Below, one piece after another: positions 59,709-64,000 of a stretch of DNA of 64,000 nt. Position numbers and translations under genes: made by a program. The stretch is from Chloroflexota bacterium. Its GTDB lineage: Bacteria > Chloroflexota > Limnocylindria > Limnocylindrales > Limnocylindraceae. The notes beneath the pieces were generated by a model. That model saw only the letters and a program-made list of their open reading frames with translations, did no database searches and was not told the origin of the DNA. Position 1 is the stretch's first letter. Each line of letters begins with the position of its first letter. The stretch covers positions 8,255 through 72,254 of the forward strand of contig JAYQPX010000001.1 in NCBI GenBank assembly GCA_038145565.1. The letters run 5' to 3'.

Positions 59709-60453
59709 TGACCACCCCGCTCAGCGCAGCGAGTAGCTCCGCCTGCTGTGAGAGGCCACCTGGCGCCAGAAGTGCGCTTCGGCGCTCGCTCGCAGGGAGT
59801 GACCGAAGTCCCTTCCACTCGCCACCAATCTCTCCCTCGGCGTTCAAAAGAAGCACTCGATCAGCAACCAGGAGTGCTTCCGCAACATCGTGGGTCACCA
59901 GTAGCGCAGCGGCGGCACCAATGAGTTCGGGAAGTTCTGCGTTGAACTGGTTCCGCGTCGGCGCATCAAGCGCGGCAAACGGCTCATCAAGCAGGAGGAG
60001 TGCTGGCTCGCGCACCAGCGCACGTGCAAGCGCTACCCGCTGTCTCTCACCGCCTGAGAGTTCGGCGGGCGCGCGATCTGCAAGGGCGAACCCGTTCACA
60101 CGTCTGAGCGCAGCAGATACAGATGCACGCACTGCAGGCGTTACTCCAGTCACGACCTCAAGCGGAAGGGCGACATTTCTCGCCGCACTGCGCCAACTGA
60201 GAAGTCGAGAGTCTTGAAAGGCGATTCCGACATCCGCTCGTCCAGCCAGAGCGGGTGTGCCCGCAATCAGGATTTCGCCTGCGTCAGGTTGCAGAAGGCC
60301 AGCGGCGAGGCGCAAGAGGGTGGTCTTACCGCTCCCATTCGCACCAAGGAGTGCGACGCACTCCCCCGCTTCGAGCGTCAGAGATGTGCCGTTGAGAACT
60401 CTCCGCGCGCCATACGAGAGGGAAACGCGTCGAAGTTCGAGGGCACTAGCCAC
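59701..60453 (-). CDS. ABC transporter ATP-binding protein (SsuB/TauB-type)
   Basis: Walker A LLGANGSGKTT, signature LSGGERQRVALARAL, Walker B LLLDEPFAALD. Confidence 0.9.
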   Translation of the reverse strand: MASALELRRVSLSYGARRVLNGTSLTLEAGECVALLGANGSGKTTLLRLAAGLLQPDAGEILIAGTPALAGRADVGIAFQDSRLLSWRSAARNVALPLEVVTGVTPAVRASVSAALRRVNGFALADRAPAELSGGERQRVALARALVREPALLLLDEPFAALDAPTRNQFNAELPELIGAAAALLVTHDVAEALLVADRVLLLNAEGEIGGEWKGLRSLPASERRSALLAPGGLSQQAELLAALSGVVNA

Positions 60454-60456
60454 GAG

Positions 60457-61326
60457 TTAAGAGGTGGCGCCGCTCACTGCACGAACTGTTGACGCACGGC
60501 GCACGGGCAGAATGTAGAAGTAGAGCCCGAGCACGAGATACGACACCTGCAAGAGGAGTGCACTCAACTCTGGCGTTGCGCTATATCCAACGATTGCTCG
60601 CAGGAACTGACCGATCCCTTCGGTGTGCGGGAGCACGGCGGAGAGGTCATACACGGGCGCAACAATTGCTGGAAGCAGTCCAACTTCAATCAGCTCATGC
60701 GCGCCGTAGGAGAGGAGTCCAGCGGCAATGACAACCAGCGCGGCTCCAGTCACCGTGAAGAATGCGCCAAGATTCAGCCTTACACCCGCGCGGAAGATCG
60801 CAACGCCAATCAGGGTTGCAACGGCGAGACCTGCGAGTGCGCCGATCGCCACCCAGGAGCCGGCCCCTGATTCGCTCGCGGCAGTGGTCTGTGCAAGGAG
60901 AAAGAGCGCCGTCTCAATCCCTTCGCGAATGACCGCAGTAAATGCGAGGGCGGCAAGCCCGAAGATGGACGCCGACGCGATCGCTCGGTCGACCCCTTTA
61001 CGTAGTTCAGCCCCAAGCGTTACCGCCTGCTTCCGCATCCAGAAAATCATGTAGGTGAGGAAGACGACTGCTAGCAGTGATGCAAACCCTTCGATTAGTT
61101 TCTCTGCATCCCCTTGCAGCCCCCCAATGAATACGAATGCGGCGAGTCCGACCGCCGCTGAGGCGGCAATGGCGGCGAGCACTCCAGCCCAGATCACGCC
61201 CAGACGATCGGCGCGGCCAATCTTGACGAGATAACCGGCGATAATGCCAACGATCAGCGCCGCCTCAACCCCCTCCCGGAGTCCCGTAAGAACGCCGCCG
61301 ATGCTCCACCCGAAAAGGTTCTCCAT
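60457..61326 (-). CDS. FTR1/EfeU-family high-affinity iron permease
   Basis: Two RExxE motifs (LREGVEAAL and IREGIETAL) in TM helices 1 and 4. 289 aa. Confidence 0.8.
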   Translation of the reverse strand: MENLFGWSIGGVLTGLREGVEAALIVGIIAGYLVKIGRADRLGVIWAGVLAAIAASAAVGLAAFVFIGGLQGDAEKLIEGFASLLAVVFLTYMIFWMRKQAVTLGAELRKGVDRAIASASIFGLAALAFTAVIREGIETALFLLAQTTAASESGAGSWVAIGALAGLAVATLIGVAIFRAGVRLNLGAFFTVTGAALVVIAAGLLSYGAHELIEVGLLPAIVAPVYDLSAVLPHTEGIGQFLRAIVGYSATPELSALLLQVSYLVLGLYFYILPVRRASTVRAVSGATS

Positions 61327-61473
61327 GGCGCGATCCCCCCCTAGGCCACCGAATCAATACAGCCGATTCAGTCGCAGTAAGCGTGCCACCGAACGTGGAA
61401 TTCGTCAAAGCCCCTTGTCCGATACGACAAGGTTGCTTGTCTTTTCGCGTGATCCTGCGTAAACGAGTGCCGG

Positions 61474-64000
61474 TTAGCGGTCGAGGACGAAGACGGGCTG
61501 AAGTTCCGGATCGATCCCTAGCTCCTTGATCGCCGCTGCCGCGTCACTGGCGCTGCGGTCACCGTTACGCGCGAGCGCGACCATCGCTGCCGCAGCAATG
61601 TGTGCTGCATCAACGGAGAAGAAGGCGCGGAGTGCCTCTCGCGTGTCGCTCAGGCCGAAGCCATCCGTCCCAAGCACTAGGTACGGAACATCGATCCACG
61701 GTGCGATCAGATCTGGCATTGCGGTCATCCAGTCGCTGGCAGCAACGATTGGGGCGCGATCTCCCTCAAGTTGTTCTTGCAGCCACGCCTTTCTCGGCGT
61801 GGTGTCCGGATGTCGGCGATTCCATCGCTCAACGACGAGCGCTTCGCGCCGCAATTCAGAGTACGAAGTCGCTGACCAGATCTCGGCCTGAACGCCAAAG
61901 CGATCGCGAAGGAGGTCGCGCGCTTTGAGCACCTCGCCCATGATCGCTCCTGAGCCGAAGAGTCGTACGCGCGCCCCAGGGCTTGCTGGATCGGTTGCCG
62001 CGAACCGATAGAGGCCTCGATGGATCCCTTCGGTCACGCTGGCTCCCGATGGAAGTGCTGGCTGCACCTGGTTCTCGTTATAGATCGTCACGTAATAGAC
62101 AATGTCTTCACCGCGCTCATACATTCGCATGATCCCGCGGCGGACGAGTGCCGCCATCTCGTACGCAAAGGCTGGATCGTACGCAACCACATGCGGCATG
62201 GCATGAGCGATCAGGTGCGAGTGCCCATCGTCATGTTGCAGTCCTTCGCCTGCGAGGGTGGTGCGTCCCGCGGTCGCTCCGATCAAGAAGCCACGCGCGC
62301 GCGCATCACCGCTCTGCCAGACCTGGTCGCCTACTCGCTGGAAGCCAAACATTGAATAGAAGACGTAGAACGGGATCGTGCCGACCGCGTGCGTTGCATA
62401 CGCCGTTCCCGCGGCCTGGAACGAGGCCATTGAGCCCGCCTCCGAGATCCCCTCTTCCAGCACCTGGCCGCCCTGCGATTCGCGGTAGCTGAGCAGAAGT
62501 TCTGAGTCGACCGGCTCATAGCGTTGGCCGAACGGCGCATAGATCCCCACCTGCTTGAAGAGTGGATCCATGCCGAAGGTTCGTGCTTCATCCGGAACGA
62601 TCGGCACAATCAGCTTGCCGAGGGCTGGATCGCGCATCAGGTTGCGCATCAACTTTGCGAAGGCCATCGTGGTGCTCACCGCAACGCTACTCCCCGCCGC
62701 AAACTCTTCATCCACGGCTGGCTGTGGCGCTGTCCAGACCGAAGGGTGGACGACGCGAGATGGGAGCGGTCCGCCGAGGGCGGCGCGGCGCTCTGCGATG
62801 TACTTCGCCTCTGGGCTCGCTGGCCCCGGGTGGTAATACGGAGCCTCTGGAATCTTCTCATCAGGGATCGGAAGGTCAAGCCGGTCTCGGAAGGCGCGCA
62901 GCTCCGCCTCGGTCAACTTCTTCGCCTGATGCGCAGGGTTCGTTGCTTCAACGGATGGACCGAGCGTCCACCCCTTGACCGTCTTCGCGAGGATCACCGT
63001 TGGGGCACCCTTATGTGCTACGGCGGCTGAGTAGGCGGCGTGAATCTTTCGGTAGTCGTGTCCGCCGCGACGCAGACGCACCAGATCCTCATCACTGAGA
63101 TGCGCAACAAGTTGCGCGAGCGCAGGCTCCGGCCCGAAGAAGTGCTCTCGGATGTATGCGCCACCAGCGACGGTGTACTTCTGGAACTCCCCGTCCACGG
63201 TGCTATCCATCTTGCGCACCAAGTCTCCAGTCTCATCCTTTGCAAGGAGTGGGTCCCACTCGCGTGCCCAGATCACCTTGATCACGTTCCAGCCAGCACC
63301 GCGGAAGAGACCCTCGAGCTCTTGCACGATCTTCCCGTTTCCTCGCACGGGACCGTCCAGGCGTTGAAGATTGCAGTTCACCACCCAGGTGAGGTTGTCG
63401 AGCCCCTCTCGCGCAGCGAGGGTGAGTGCGCCTGCAGACTCAGGCTCGTCCATCTCGCCATCGCCGAGGAAGGCCCACACGCGACTGTTCGCGGTATCGG
63501 CCAATCCGCGATTGTGCAGATAGCGGTTGTATCGAGCCTGATAGATGGATCCGATTCCGCCGAGGCCCATGGATACCGTTGGGAACTCCCAGAAGTCTGG
63601 AAGGAGGCGCGGGTGCGGGTACGAAGGGAGGCCGCCCGGCCCCTCGGTCTCCTGACGGAATCGCTCAAGTTGCGCCTCCCCAATCCGCCCCTCTAGGAAG
63701 GCACGCGAGTAGATCCCCGGGGCCGCGTGTCCCTGGTAGAAGATCTGGTCGCCCGCGCCGCCAACCTTGCCGCGGAAGAAGTGATTGAAGCCGACCTCAT
63801 AGAGGCTGGCTGCACTCGCGTACGTTGCAAGGTGGCCGCCGATCCCCGGATGCTCTTTGTTGGCACGCAGCACCATCGCCGCCGCATTCCAGCGCACGAT
63901 GTGTCTGATGCGTGTCTCCATCGCCTCGTCGCCAGGAAAGCTCGGTTCGTCGCTTGTCTTGATGGTGTTGATGTATGGCGTGGTCGCCAGTGTGGGGAGT
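61474..64000 (-). CDS. aceE: pyruvate dehydrogenase E1 component, homodimeric type; 5' end beyond the window
   Basis: Frame stays open upstream of the listed Met: ...LPTLATTPYINTIKTSDEPSFPGDEAMETRIRHIVRWNAAAMVLRANKEHPGIGGH. Gene is truncated by the window end. Confidence 0.9.
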   Translation of the reverse strand, partial: LPTLATTPYINTIKTSDEPSFPGDEAMETRIRHIVRWNAAAMVLRANKEHPGIGGHLATYASAASLYEVGFNHFFRGKVGGAGDQIFYQGHAAPGIYSRAFLEGRIGEAQLERFRQETEGPGGLPSYPHPRLLPDFWEFPTVSMGLGGIGSIYQARYNRYLHNRGLADTANSRVWAFLGDGEMDEPESAGALTLAAREGLDNLTWVVNCNLQRLDGPVRGNGKIVQELEGLFRGAGWNVIKVIWAREWDPLLAKDETGDLVRKMDSTVDGEFQKYTVAGGAYIREHFFGPEPALAQLVAHLSDEDLVRLRRGGHDYRKIHAAYSAAVAHKGAPTVILAKTVKGWTLGPSVEATNPAHQAKKLTEAELRAFRDRLDLPIPDEKIPEAPYYHPGPASPEAKYIAERRAALGGPLPSRVVHPSVWTAPQPAVDEEFAAGSSVAVSTTMAFAKLMRNLMRDPALGKLIVPIVPDEARTFGMDPLFKQVGIYAPFGQRYEPVDSELLLSYRESQGGQVLEEGISEAGSMASFQAAGTAYATHAVGTIPFYVFYSMFGFQRVGDQVWQSGDARARGFLIGATAGRTTLAGEGLQHDDGHSHLIAHAMPHVVAYDPAFAYEMAALVRRGIMRMYERGEDIVYYVTIYNENQVQPALPSGASVTEGIHRGLYRFAATDPASPGARVRLFGSGAIMGEVLKARDLLRDRFGVQAEIWSATSYSELRREALVVERWNRRHPDTTPRKAWLQEQLEGDRAPIVAASDWMTAMPDLIAPWIDVPYLVLGTDGFGLSDTREALRAFFSVDAAHIAAAAMVALARNGDRSASDAAAAIKELGIDPELQPVFVLDR

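Noticed and set aside
1-64000. CRISPR arrays, IS elements, integrases
   Set aside because: No short direct repeat-spacer periodicity, no transposase or recombinase-like ORFs and no obvious terminal inverted repeats were seen. tRNA-adjacent regions lack integrase genes.

Overview
High-GC (about 68-70%) bacterial chromosomal segment, densely packed and mostly housekeeping. Gene content (Holin-X, DUF4446, DUF3090/SCO1664 cassette, likely leaderless starts) points to Actinomycetota, possibly a Thermoleophilia/Rubrobacteria-like lineage. Most real genes lie on the minus strand; plus-strand ORFs opposite them are Ser/Ala/Arg-rich antisense artefacts. Recognisable content, in order: uvrD-like helicase (partial), a small DUF4446-like gene, a SerA-like dehydrogenase, fmdB, valS, clpX, clpP, tig, tRNA-Leu, a holin-like pair, apbC, a potADBC-like polyamine ABC transporter with a class-III aminotransferase, and a class-II aldolase-family gene. 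Then comes a co-directional run of poorly characterised or degenerate-looking enzymes: a pseudo-P-loop protein, an MBL hydrolase, a 300-aa unknown, a TPR-rhomboid, a truncated PfkB-like protein and an M16 peptidase pair. This run leads into carB-carA and tRNA-Lys. Further along: an SGNH hydrolase, meaB with an orphan B12-binding subunit, trxA, a J-domain protein, a UbiA-prenyltransferase plus CrtI-family desaturase pair (carotenoid-type), an AzgA-like purine permease, an orphan ptsI, and a tRNA-Arg / small leaderless ORF / tRNA-Glu island. The last third holds DUF1015, an adenosine-deaminase-family protein, lipA, lpd, plsY, a mutY-like glycosylase, a DEDDh exonuclease, an aldehyde dehydrogenase, fumC, pfk, the actinobacterial histidine-phosphatase/DUF3090/SCO1664 cassette, an NMT1-like ABC transporter with an FTR1 iron permease, and the 5' truncated aceE. 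No CRISPR array, IS element or integrase was recognised. The most unusual loci are the degenerate-enzyme block (19.7-26.4 kb), the tRNA-flanked leaderless small ORF (41.5-41.9 kb), and the holin-like pair abutting and overlapping tRNA-Leu.
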